Under the pieces are notes generated by a model. The model saw nothing but the letters and a program-made list of their open reading frames with translations. It was not told where the DNA came from and searched no databases. A program made the translations under genes and the position numbers. DNA of 46,938 bases from Welwitschia mirabilis (lineage: Eukaryota), in NCBI GenBank assembly GCA_051453625.1, contig JBOZIK010000001.1, forward strand, positions 41,559,817 to 41,606,754, in the 5' to 3' direction. This document shows, one piece after another, positions 23,771 through 35,900 of the stretch. The first letter of the stretch is position 1. Each line of letters starts with the position of its first letter.

Positions 23771-26507
23771 AGGCTACTGAGGAATGTGAGAATCATCATT
23801 GCTCAAGTAAGTAAATCAGATTTTAGTTTGAATATTATCTATAGTAATGTTATAATATTAGTTAGGATTATAGGTTTATTTTGGTAATTTTTGTTTTTAA
23901 TAGCTATAATAAGTACTATTGTCCCCTCTATCATCCACATGATACTGAGAATGATAGTTACTGATTTTTGAATTTATTTTCTTTCTGTAACTTTTATTTT
24001 TGGTAGTAGTAATAAAATAACTACCATCCTAACTGTCGTTCCTACAATAAGGTGGATGACAGCCTAGTTTTTTAATTATGGCAGTTTTCTCTAATTTTAG
24101 CAATACTCTATTTTTTTAATTGTCATTCCCTGTTTCATTGCCACAACTAGGTAGACAAATATCAGTTTTTTTAAATTTTGTTCTTGTTTTCTATCACTCA
24201 GTATGCTATGATATGATCATTTAAGAAATAAATATCAAAGAGAAAGGCTACTCATAGAAGAAAATATCAAAGAATGGTTGGTTGACTTCAAATTAGAATC
24301 AGGTATATAATCCCCAGGCATGTACAAAATCTCTTTTGAGTTTATATTTTTAGAATTTGATTCTCTGAAGGAAAATTTTTCAAAAAAATAATTTAGAAGA
24401 AGATAGTTCAAGATGTCAAAAATTATGCAAAACCAAAAATAAGTAATAGGGTCTTCAATTCACTATCCTAATGCAAATCCTGTCCTTAAAGAACTACAAG
24501 CTAATAGAAAATGTCAAATCCAAACTCCTTTTTATTTACCCCTAGGAGATGATGTTGAATTAAAAATTTTAAATGCTTATCCCATCTTTAGTGGCAAAAA
24601 TGATGAGGATCTATTCCAATACATTGCTAACATTGAACAGTTAGTTCTTGTCTCTGGAAATAAAAATAAAAGAATTAGTGATCACACTTATATGATCATT
24701 TTTTTCATTACATTAAAAGAAAAGGAAAAAATTTGGTTAAGAACTACATCTCACAAAAGTTTAAAAACTGAAAATCAAGTCTAGAAAGGTTTTATTAAGA
24801 GATTTATGATTGAAGCAACCATTAGAAAGAGAAATAAAGAAGTAAGTAATTTCCAATAATAATGAAATGATAATTATGCTTCCACATTTAAATGTTTCTT
24901 TATTACAATCTATTCTAATCAAATAGACACTTTCACATGAGAAGAGCTAATAGATTACTTTTATAGTGGACAAAATAGCCAAACAAAATAACTCATATAT
25001 TTTTCTTGTGGTGGAAACCTAATGAACATCACATTAAAAAATGCTTTAAAAACATTAGAAGAACTTGTTGAGGTTGTCCAAAACCAACATTAAGATATAA
25101 CTGCATTATAGACCAAATCATAAAAGATTTAAAAGAAGTAAAAGAAGAAAATAAATCGATAAAATAGAAACTAAGCCCACAAATTTGATTAAATACTTTA
25201 TAACAACTTTGGAAAAATATACTGAGATGGTTTTCGATGCAAAGTTAGCAACTAAAAAGAGTGTTTTCCAACATGTAATTTATGTAAAGATAGCTATTAC
25301 ATAACCAAGGATTATCCATCACTGCAAGGAAAGAATATATGAAGAATCTTGTGTTTTCAATCAAAAATTTTTGAACTCCTGAAACCAAAATCAAAATTAG
25401 AAGTAAAATCAATCACAACCTAGGATGCATACAAAATTTAATTTTCAAACATTTGACAACAAATTCAAAAATTTTCAAACCAATATTCAATATTTCAAAA
25501 ATCGATTTGAAAATTTAGACTTTCAATTAAGTTCATTAAACTTTTAACATTAAAATGATTTACATAGAAATTCTATAGATGAACTTAGGAAATCACAAGA
25601 AGAAATAAACTCCAACATTAAAAACTTAGTAAATGTCCTATAACAAACCATGTTAACAAACCAAAGATCACAAGGATCATTAGCAACACAATCTCTACTG
25701 AATCCTAATAAAGTAAGAAAAGATTGTAAGGTTGTAATATGAAGTGAAAATAAAATGAACCCTCCTTCATATGAAGCTTCAACCTTCCAAAACAATACTA
25801 GAGATGATGAGGAAGAAGAGAACATCAAAATATCAGAAAATCATAACTTCCTTTCTTTCTTAAATGGTAAAAGTAAAAAAAAAAATATATATTTTCAAGA
25901 AATAGAAAATAAACCAGCTATCCCTTGGCTTGATAGGGTTGATACTAATCCAACTTTTAATGAAAATCTTCAAACGTTAATGTAAAATGTGAGCATAAAC
26001 TTATCATTTTGGAAACTTTTACAAGAAAACCCAAAATACTCTAAGTTATGAAAAGACTTAATAATAAAAAACAAAAACATATTATTTCTAGCAAAGTCTT
26101 TTTAGCTTAATCTCTTACAAACTTAATGTTAAAAAAACTCCAAAATTTAAGGATCTAGGTGAAGCAACAAATGGTGTTACATTAAAGGGAAACAAAATAA
26201 TAAAAAGAGCTTTAATTAATATTATAGTAAGTGTCAATATTATGTCATTACACATTTGTAAGAGACTCTATTTAGAAGGTAGAATAGAGCCTACTCGGAT
26301 TATCTTGGAATTAGTAGACATATTAGTTAAGAAATCAGTAGGAGTCATAAAAGTTTTAGTAATTCAAATTAGAGAGGTATTCTACATGATAAATGTGGTT
26401 GTAATAGAAGTTAAACATAACAGAGGTTATCCATTGCTTCTAGAAAGAGATTCTGTGTAATAGTCCATTTCATTATTGATATAAGAACTGGAATGATGGA
26501 GTGTTAC

Positions 26508-26584
26508 TGTAACACCCCAACTTTAATTACCCTAATTAACCATAATTTTTTTTTGTATTAATAACTATCATGCACAACGGAACC
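26508..26584. mobile_element. Start of a nested LTR-like insertion (TGTAACACCCC...) running into a gap
   Basis: Homology to the pol of A stops after ATGGAGTGTTAC. TGTAACACCCC is a common plant LTR terminus. Confidence 0.6.
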
Positions 26585-28939
26585 NNNNNNNNNNNNNNNN
26601 NNNNNNNNNNNNNNNNNNNNNNNNNNNNNNNNNNNNNNNNNNNNNNNNNNNNNNNNNNNNNNNNNNNNNNNNNNNNNNNNNNNNTTATTCTAAAAAATCT
26701 TCCTAGTGAACTAAATTATATTTTTCTCTATAACGATCAGAAAAAACCTTTAATAATTAATGAAAACCTTTTTCTTAAATAAGATTCAATCCTAATGTCT
26801 CTTTTGAATTCCAAAATTAATGCATTCACATGATCATATACAGGTTTATTAACCATTCCTCCTTTTATTATTTAGCATAAAATCTATCTTGAGGAAAACT
26901 TAATACCTATTAGGCAATCGTAAATGAGTACTTAAATAGGTATTTAAGAATGAAATTATTAAATTAATAGATGATGAAATTATTTGCTATATCGGATAGT
27001 GAATGGGTTAGTAGCTTAACTGTAGTACCAAAAAAGGGTGAGAAATTGAGAGTATGTATAGATTTTAGAAAACTTAATGAAGTAACAAAAAAGGATCATT
27101 ATCTCCTACCCTTTCTTGACAGTGTACTTGATAGAATTTAAGGACATGCTTTTTACTATTTTTTAGATGGTTATAGCGATTATAACCAGATTTGCATAGC
27201 TAGTGAAGACCAGGATAAAACCACTTTTACTTTTTTTTTTAGACATTTTCCTTTAGACACATTTATTTTAGAGTTTGAAATGCTTCTAAAACTTCTTAAC
27301 ATGCTATAAGGGGTTTTTTTTAGAGATGTTAAAGAATTCAATAGAAATATTTATGAATGACTTTTCAATCTTTGGTGAAACCTTTGATCAAATCTTTAAA
27401 AAATTAGAAAAGGTTCTTGATAGATGCATAGAATGTGGGCTTCATTTAAGTTGGGAAAAGACCTTATTTTTAGTTAATAATGGAATAGTTCTAGGTCATC
27501 ACATTTCTAAAAGACAAAGTAAGATGAATCCCAATAGAGTAAGCATCATTAAAAACTTAACTTCTCGAACCAAGGTTAAACAAATTCGATCTTTTCTTGG
27601 ACATTAGGGTTTGTATCATCACTTCATATAATATTATGCTAAAATTTATAAATCCCTACACTTGTTACTAGAAAAAGAAGTAAATTTTGAATAAAATAAA
27701 TCTTATTAACTTGCTTTTGATACACTTAAATAAAAAATTTCTTCCGCACCTATTGTAATAGGACCCAATTGGGATAAGGATATTGAGCTAATGTGTGATA
27801 TCAGTAATATTATTATAGGTGGGGTTCTTAGACAAAAATATGAAAATGATTTTAAGGTTATATCTTATCATAATAAAACATTGTCTAAAGCTCAACCAAT
27901 TTACACAACTACCAAGAGAAAGAGAGATGTTAGCTATAATCTTTTGCCTCTATAATCTTAGACATTATCTTTTAGAGTTCAACACAAACATCGATATAAA
28001 CGATGTAGTGATTAACTACTTAATGACTAAAAAATATTTTAGTATTAGGTTGATTACATGGATCCTCTTAATGCAAGAATTTAATCTCATCATCATAGAT
28101 GAGGCAATAAAACACAACATAGCAAATCACTTATCATGTCTTTTTTCTTCTTCTAATGATTTTTCTATTAATGATTCTTTTTTGGACGAACAACTATTTA
28201 TTGTATCTTTTACTCATCTCCCTCCATGGTATGTTGATATTATTAATTATATTATTACTTTAAAAACACCAAAAAATTAGATTTATAATCAAAGAAAATC
28301 TTTTCTTCATAGGATAGGGAATTATGAGTGGATAAAGCCCCATCTTTATCATAGGTGTTAAGATTAATTTATGAGAAAATTTATGCTAGAATGGGAAAAA
28401 ATCTGATATCCTTCATCTTTATTATGGTGGTATTTGTGCTGGACATTATAGCAGTCAGAAAACAGCCGTGAAAATTCTTCACTCTTTTATTGGCTTAGTT
28501 TTTTCTAGGACTCCTTCGATTATGCCGGAAGGTGAAATGCATTTCAATGTTATGGTATCCTTTTGATAATCATAAGAAATCCCCCTTAAGCCTATTCTTG
28601 AGTGTGAATCTTTTAGTTATTGGGGAATTGATTTTATGAGCCCAATTCTAAAGATAAAAATTACATTTTAGTGGTTATTGGTTATATGACTAAATGGGTT
28701 GAAGAAATTCCTACTTCTTTAAATGATGTCCAAATCATTTGTAACTTTATTAGAACTCAAATTTTTCAATGTTTTAACTTTGCTCAAATAATCATTAGTG
28801 ATCAAGGAACTCATTTCATCAATCATCTTTTTAGGAAACTTCTTTTATCCATTAGAATAGAACATAGAGTAGTTTGTGCTTACCATCCTCAAACTAATGG
28901 ATAATCTAAAAATGCTAATAGAGAAATTACAAAAAATGT

Positions 28940-29125
28940 CCTAGTATATATCTGAATTACGTGTTATGACTGAAGGCAACAGCCGCGGTAGTGCGTTGTG
29001 TGAGTGTCAACTAAGTTTGTAAGGGTAAGGGAATGATCAATATACGAGAGCGTCGTCTAAGCAAGCTCCTGATGCTCGCTGGCATGTGACATCTCGTTAT
29101 GTATGAGTGGTGTCGACGAAGCTTA
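28940..29125. mobile_element. CpG-rich foreign segment within the B integrase (probably the end of a younger insertion), running into a gap
   Basis: Integrase homology breaks after ANREI and resumes (FGFSPYEL) after the gap. About a dozen CpGs occur in <200 bp, versus very few in the flanks. Confidence 0.55.
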
Positions 29126-30097
29126 NNNNNNNNNNNNNNNNNNNNNNNNNNNNNNNNNNNNNNNNNNNNNNNNNNNNNNNNNNNNNNNNNNNNNNNNNNN
29201 NNNNNNNNNNNNNNNNNNNNNNNNNNNNNNNNNNNNNNNNNNNNNNNNNNNNNNNNNTCATTTGGTTTTTCACCTTATGAACTTGAATATGATAAAGTTT
29301 ATGTTTTACCTGTTGATGTTTATTATAATTCTTGTCATTTTACATATTAACTTAATGTTGTAAATTTAGAAGAAAATCTTAAAACTCATTTATCTTAATT
29401 AGATCAGTTAAATGAAAATTGACCTCAAGCTATTCATCATCAACTTATTCACAAAGTCCAAAATAAGTTCAAACATGATAAAAAGTTAATCCATAAGAAC
29501 TTTAAACCTAGTCAACTAGTTATATTATATAACACTAAAGTACATCTTCTACATAACAAGTTAACCTAAAAATGGTTAGGTCCTTATCTTATTAAAAAAT
29601 TATATTATAATGGCTCTATTGAGATTTCTGACTTAACCACTAAAAAGATTCAAAAAGTTAATGGACAAAGGTTAAAAATATATGAGCAACCTTATGATGT
29701 AAACAAGATAGAAGCACTAGGCTTGGAGGTTCCTCTCGATGAGGAGGACTTCTTCCCTATCATTATCTAAATTTTATCTTATAGCTTATTCCTTTGGAGA
29801 TTATTATGATGCCACTTGATCATCTTTTAAACATCACTTATGTATTTATTTTATGTCTATGACTAGTCTTTATACTTGAGTATTTTACAATGGTAAGATT
29901 GGATTCACCCATCTTAAGACATTTATGTATCTGTGAACGTCATTTTGAAGGAAGATGCTTTATTTCTTATATTTTTCTTAATGACAAAAGGTCTTAGATT
30001 ATTTAGAGGTGTTCTTTTCTATCTTTTATTTTACTACTTCATCTTCATCTTTTGAAATATTTGATCATGTGAAAACTTTTATTCATCTCTTACATGA

Positions 30098-30118
30098 GTG
30101 TGTATGTGTGTGTGAGAA

Positions 30119-30157
<39 letters not shown>
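30098..30157 (+). repeat. Compound (TG)n(GA)n microsatellite
   Basis: Read directly; about 15 GA units. Confidence 0.95.
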
Positions 30158-30160
<3 letters not shown>

Positions 30161-31441
30161 ATAAGACCGTGATTTTTTATATTTGAGATAGCTTAAAAAC
30201 ATGGTTACCATGATGTCCTACTGCAAGCACATTGGGGTACATTTTCCCAAGAGGGCCCTTTGACAATGTGATATGGTAGCTATGGGAAATCCACTGGGAG
30301 GTCAATTGGTTATGTTTTGAGGGTCCTTACCTCTCTAACTTTATATCCTTTATTATGGATAGTAAAATAATGAAAACTTTGAGGCTATGAAATTAGTAAT
30401 ATTCCTGATGTCATTAGAGGCATTGTTTATTTTATAGACTCTTAGGCTTTTCATGTGATCATTTCATTTTTGAGGATTTAGGTATTTGTTTTGAGACACA
30501 AGTAGGTGAGTTTATTCCTGAGCAACTCTTAAATATTATCACTCATTGTTTAGAGCATTTGAGTTTTATAATTTTCATAACCACTGCCTCATTGAATGGA
30601 ACTTTACAGAATTATACATTTAGTCATGCATTTTAAATCAAGTGATGTCATGATTTCTTCCACAGGAATCTACTAGATTAGAATTTAGGGTAGGTAGGCT
30701 ATCTTGTTCATGTTCCTTGTATTTATTTTTTATTATGTTTTCTTTCATTATTTAGTTAGTTATTTCAAATCCATTTCTATATTTTCTTATCATTTTAGGA
30801 ACTTAAGATTTAGTAGTTTCCTTGCTTAGTTTTCAATAAAAAGCTAATTTCTTTATTAGATGAGTTTCTTTGTAATTTTTGTGATATTAATTTTCAGTCT
30901 TTGGGAGTCCTATATGCTATTCATAATCATTTTTATTAAGGCACATTTGTTGGGAACTTATGGACCTACTTCATCCCAGTTAGACATTTTCATCATTTAC
31001 TCTTTCCATGTTTGTTAAAATCTTTCCTAAATCTTTATTTTTCAAATCTAACATTTCTATACTATACTCTACACTTAATTTATCAACTGTCAAAATTCAA
31101 TTTTTTGGAAAACATCCATTGTTACCTTCTCGTCTAGACATATTAATTTTCATGTGATTTATTTGCTCCATTAACTAATATAAGACATATTATTTTTCTC
31201 AAGGGGAAGGACTTATTTTCATAATTTTTACACCAATTTATAGTGTTTTTTATATCTTTCATAAGATATTAAATTTGTGATTTCTACTCAATATAGATGA
31301 TGCACTACATTTTATTCTACTTTCTGATATGTTTGAAATTATTTATGATCTTGTTTTATAATTTTCAAATTGATTTTTTTTGTATTTAAAATAATTTAGC
31401 TCGTAATTGTAGTTGTTCATCTTGTTTTGTCAGGGATTGAC

Positions 31442-31458
31442 AAGGCTAAGTGAGGGGC
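31442..31458 (+). promoter_or_regulatory. Polypurine tract of element B
   Basis: AAGGCTAAGTGAGGGGC lies immediately before the 3' LTR. Confidence 0.8.
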
Positions 31459-32682
31459 TATAATGCACTACCAAATTATGTGTATTTGATGGGGTATTAT
31501 ATAGGCTTAGATGTAATTCTGATGATTATGGAGAGCTAATGGGATAATCATGGAAACATGAAATTCTTGGCATATTTAGAGGCATTTTAATCATATTCGA
31601 ATATAGAGGGCTTTAGAGAAAGATTAATGATATGAAAGGTAGACTTCTCTTAAGCTAAAAAGATAAGGAAGGCTATCATCCCCACTATCGTCCTCATGAC
31701 AGGCAGGATGACAACACTTTAGCAGCTATTTGGGATGTTGATATGGAGTGGAGCTAGGAGCTAATGAGTTCTCTTTTCTAAAGAGGTGTTATCCCCAGTG
31801 TCATTTCCATGACATGCAGGACAACAACTGATGATTCATCTATCGTTGTTCGCAATGTCATCCTCATGAGAGTCAAGACAACACTGAAACGGTTGGCCCA
31901 CTTTCATCCATTCCATCCATTTCTTTTCAATATAGTACATCCATGACACCTTGAGTGATGGTTATGTCTTTTTTATTATATAAATAAACCTTCCCTTCAA
32001 TCCTCCCATCATCTTTGATGTACCGGAAATTCTCGTGATAGGAGATTGGAGGACAGGAGATTCATCCTCTGATGTTGTAAAGAGACGTCTTCCTTGGTGT
32101 TAGTCTATGTATCCTCCATTGAGGTGTGGCTCCTTTGTAACCTGAATTCTGGTTCACTTAATACAAACTCTATTCCTCTTTCATTTCTTTAATACTTTAC
32201 ATGCTCCTTATGGTTTATATTATTCTTGATTTAGTGACAGTTTCACTTACGATATAGGTCTTAAGGGCAATCTTTATTAAGGTTGGTGACATTATTTTAG
32301 GTGCATTTTTAGATTAACTTGCATACATTCTATTTGACTTATTTAATATCTTAAGTTAGTCTTAGTTAGTAATAGTTTTCCTAACTAGTTTAGGTTATAC
32401 AGGATCAATCTTATTGAAAGGTTAATTTGGTAATCGAATATGTGTTCATATAGAATAAATTACATATGCATTTGCATAAGTGTGTCTCATTGTGTTGTTT
32501 CATGCATTATTCTTTAGATTCTAAAATAATATAATATTTCTTCAGAAATTAATTCTCCTTGTTCTTTCACATGCCTTTAATGATTTTACAACATTTGAGT
32601 TACTCCCATCTATACTAGTGTGTTGTATTTGCAATATATCTATTTGTAATTGATAGGATTTAGTAAGACATAAAGGATTGCA
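31459..32682 (+). repeat. 3' LTR of element B (end lies in the gap)
   Basis: Aligns with 22547-23730. Confidence 0.9.
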
Positions 32683-32957
32683 NNNNNNNNNNNNNNNNNN
32701 NNNNNNNNNNNNNNNNNNNNNNNNNNNNNNNNNNNNNNNNNNNNNNNNNNNNNNNNNNNNNNNNNNNNNNNNNNNNNNNNNNNNNNNNNNNNNNNNNNNN
32801 NNNNNNNNNNNNNNNNNNNNNNNNNNNNNNNNNNNNNNNNNNNNNNNNNNNNNNNNNNNNNNNNNNNNNNNNNNNNNNNNNNNNNNNNNNNNNNNNNNNN
32901 NNNNNNNNNNNNNNNNNNNNNNNNNNNNNNNNNNNNNNNNNNNNNNNNNNNNNNNNN

Positions 32958-35900
32958 GGATAACCCTAGAAGAATAAGGAAAAGAAATGAAAAGAAGATG
33001 GGATTAGAGAGCTCTTTGTTTTCTTATTTTAATAATTGAATTTGAGATTATTTACCTAGTTGTGAATTTGCAAGGATTTACTAATTTATATGTTTCTTCA
33101 TCTTAGTAAAATATCCACTCAAAATTATGTAAATAAATAAGAATATTAACTGGCATTCATCTTGTTTTCTTTATTCATAGGATGCATAGTAGGGTTTGTT
33201 ATCTCATTAATCCATTTCATCACATTTCTATTTACTTCCATCATCAATACCAAGTTATAATTCTTTTTTTTTATTCCATGAAAAAGCACAATAAGAAATA
33301 CATTGTTTTTTCTATAATTTAATCCATTTATCCATGTATAGATCTAAGGTAAAATCAATTTGAACCATTGAAAAAAATATAGTTATCCAGCCATCCTCAT
33401 TTCATCTACTTCCTATAAAAGCTCATGATTTCTAAGCCATTTGCATTAAATACTCATAGCACACTAGACTTTGAAGGATGGGATAGGAGCTTCATAGAGA
33501 CTGTTATCCCTAAAATGATTACCCAACTTAGCAACTATAAAAATTAGAATTGGATTTTATGAGTCTTTAAGAAGTTCAAGAAGAACTTCCTTAAAGAACT
33601 CGTCCTCCCTCTTAAACTCATTCTTTTTCCTACTCTTCATCCACTACAAGAAGAAAGGAAAAGCTTTTATTAGTGAAACCTTTTATGTCCCTTCTTCTCC
33701 ACCTTTTTGTGTTTCCTCTTTCATTACTCATAGACATTCCTCCACTACTTTAAGTTATACCACTTTGGAGAAAGTCCTCAAATCTAGAAGTACTTGGATT
33801 GGAACATTATGAAAAAAATAAAAATAATTGTAATAAAACAAAAGGTAATGTTAAAGAAAGAATAAGAAATAGACTAAAATTTGAAGAGGTTGACCTCTCA
33901 TAGAATATTTTTAATCTAAATTGCTTTCAGTCACTTACTCTTTCACCCTTCTTTACTTGCATTTTTCAGTTGTAATAATTGCATTGTACTTGCATCTTTT
34001 TTTTTATAATGTTTTTCGTACTTAAGGGAAAATAAATATAAATTATTAATTCTATAAATTTGGCTTTAATTCTAAACTAAAGCCTTACTATAAAAATCCT
34101 ACTTTAGTTTTAAAGCTCTAAAATATGTAGTTTGAGATGTAATTCTTAACAAAATGAGTGTCGTTAGCCTCTCTAACCAATGATGCTATTTTAGCCAATC
34201 CAAATAGATTTTCTTTTTACATAGACACTCTATGTCACATTTCTTGTGTTTCTAGCACTCAAGTTTCTACTAAAAATTTTATAGAAATTGGCTGATTTAG
34301 ATTCATCACTCATTTCTCCATTCTAAAATCATCACATTCATTTCTAATTTTTGTTCTCTTTTTAGTCATTTTTTAATCTTTTCTGTAATCATACATTTCA
34401 GATTCAGAAGTTTAATTCATTATTACCAAAGAATCATCTTTTAATTTTTAGTCTTTTACTTACATTAGTTTGCATTTCATATTTCCTAGTTTAATCATGC
34501 ATTGCACAGTTTTTGCTCAGTAATTTTCCTTTCTAGCTCATTCTACACTACATTAGCATATGCATTATTCATCCCTCTTTGTATCCACAATCAATTTATC
34601 ATATTTTAAATTCTAAAGACANNNNNNNNNNNNNNNNNNNNNNNNNNNNNNNNNNNNNNNNNNNNNNNNNNNNNNNNNNNNNNNNNNNNNNNNNNNNNNN
34701 NNNNNNNNNNNNNNNNNNNNNNNNNNNNNNNNNNNNNNNNNNNNNNNNNNNNNNNNNNNNNNNNNNNNNNNNNNNNNNNNNNNNNNNNNNNNNNNNNNNN
34801 NNNNNNNNNNNNNNNNNNNNNNNNNNNNNNNNNNNNNNNNNNNNNNNNNNNNNNNNNNNNNNNNNNNNNNNNNNNNNNNNNNNNNNNNNNNNNNNNNNNN
34901 NNNNNNNNNNNNNNNNNNNNNNNNNNNNNNNNNNNNNNNNNNNNNNNNNNNNNNNNNNNNNNNNNNNNNNNNNNNNNNNNNNNNNNNNNNNNNNNNNNNN
35001 NNNNNNNNNNNNNNNNNNNNNNNNNNNNNNNNNNNNNNNNNNNNNNNNNNNNNNNNNNNNNNNNNNNNNNNNNNNNNNNNNNNNNNNNNNNNNNNNNNNN
35101 NNNNNNNNNNNNNNNNNNNNNNNNNNNNNNNNNNNNNNNNNNNNNNNNNNNNNNNNNNNNNNNNNNNNNNNNNNNNNNNNNNNNNNNNNNNNNNNNNNNN
35201 NNNNNNNNNNNNNNNNNNNNNNNNNNNNNNNNNNNNNNNNNNNNNNNNNNNNNNNNNNNNNNNNNNNNNNNNNNNNNNNNNNNNNNNNNNNNNNNNNNNN
35301 NNNNNNNNNNNNNNNNNNNNNNNNNNNNNNNNNNNNNNNNNNNNNNNNNNNNNNNNNNNNNNNNNNNNNNNNNNNNNNNNNNNNNNNNNNNNNNNNNNNN
35401 NNNNNNNNNNNNNNNNNNNNNNNNNNNNNNNNNNNNNNNNNNNNNNNNNNNNNNNNNNNNNNNNNNNNNNNNNNNNNNNNNNNNNNNNNNNNNNNNNNNN
35501 NNNNNNNNNNNNNNNNNNNNNNNNNNNNNNNNNNNNNNNNNNNNNNNNNNNNNNNNNNNNNNNNNNNNNNNNNNNNNNNNNNGCTTAAATGTAATTTCAG
35601 AGTACATTCAAATTTGTTTTTTTTTTTTAATCTTCATCTTCTATACTCAAGTTAGTTGATTTGTGATTTTTTCCATGTTACCTAATCTTTTAACACAATA
35701 TTTTTGCTAAGGAACAAGCAAGAGGTTAGTTGAAGGGTATGGTAACACATAAAAATTGACATTTACATTAAGGAACTAAGGCCTTAGGAGGAGGATTAAT
35801 TTATCATCATGATGATTTTATGTATTTATTATGTTTAATGCCATCAAAATCTAGTTTTACTAATAATTTGCTTTAACACTATCATTTTACAAGATAAATG
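32958..35900 (+). mobile_element. 3' non-coding region, PPT and LTR start of a further Athila-like element (E)
   Basis: TTGCTAAGGAACAAGCAAGAGGTTAGTTGAAGGGTA|TGGTAAC at 35704-35746 resembles the Athila pre-LTR/PPT signature. The extent on either side is uncertain. Confidence 0.5.

Larger units (their letters stand above)
24200..29720 (+). pseudogene. Decayed gag-pol of element B
   Basis: gag; protease; RT (SEWVSSLTVVPKKG, LRVCIDFRKLNEVTKKDHY, FLDGYSDYNQI, EIFMNDFS, QIRSFLGH); RNase H (EREMLAI, RLITWILLMQEFNL); integrase (WGIDFM, IISDQGTHF, AYHPQTNG, WLGPY). Confidence 0.95.
22547..32682 (+). mobile_element. Element B: decayed near-full-length Athila-type Ty3/gypsy LTR retrotransposon, sister to A
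   Basis: Paired LTRs, PBS, PPT and gag-PR-RT-RH-INT collinear with A (both have LHICKRL.LE.R.EPT). Confidence 0.93.
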
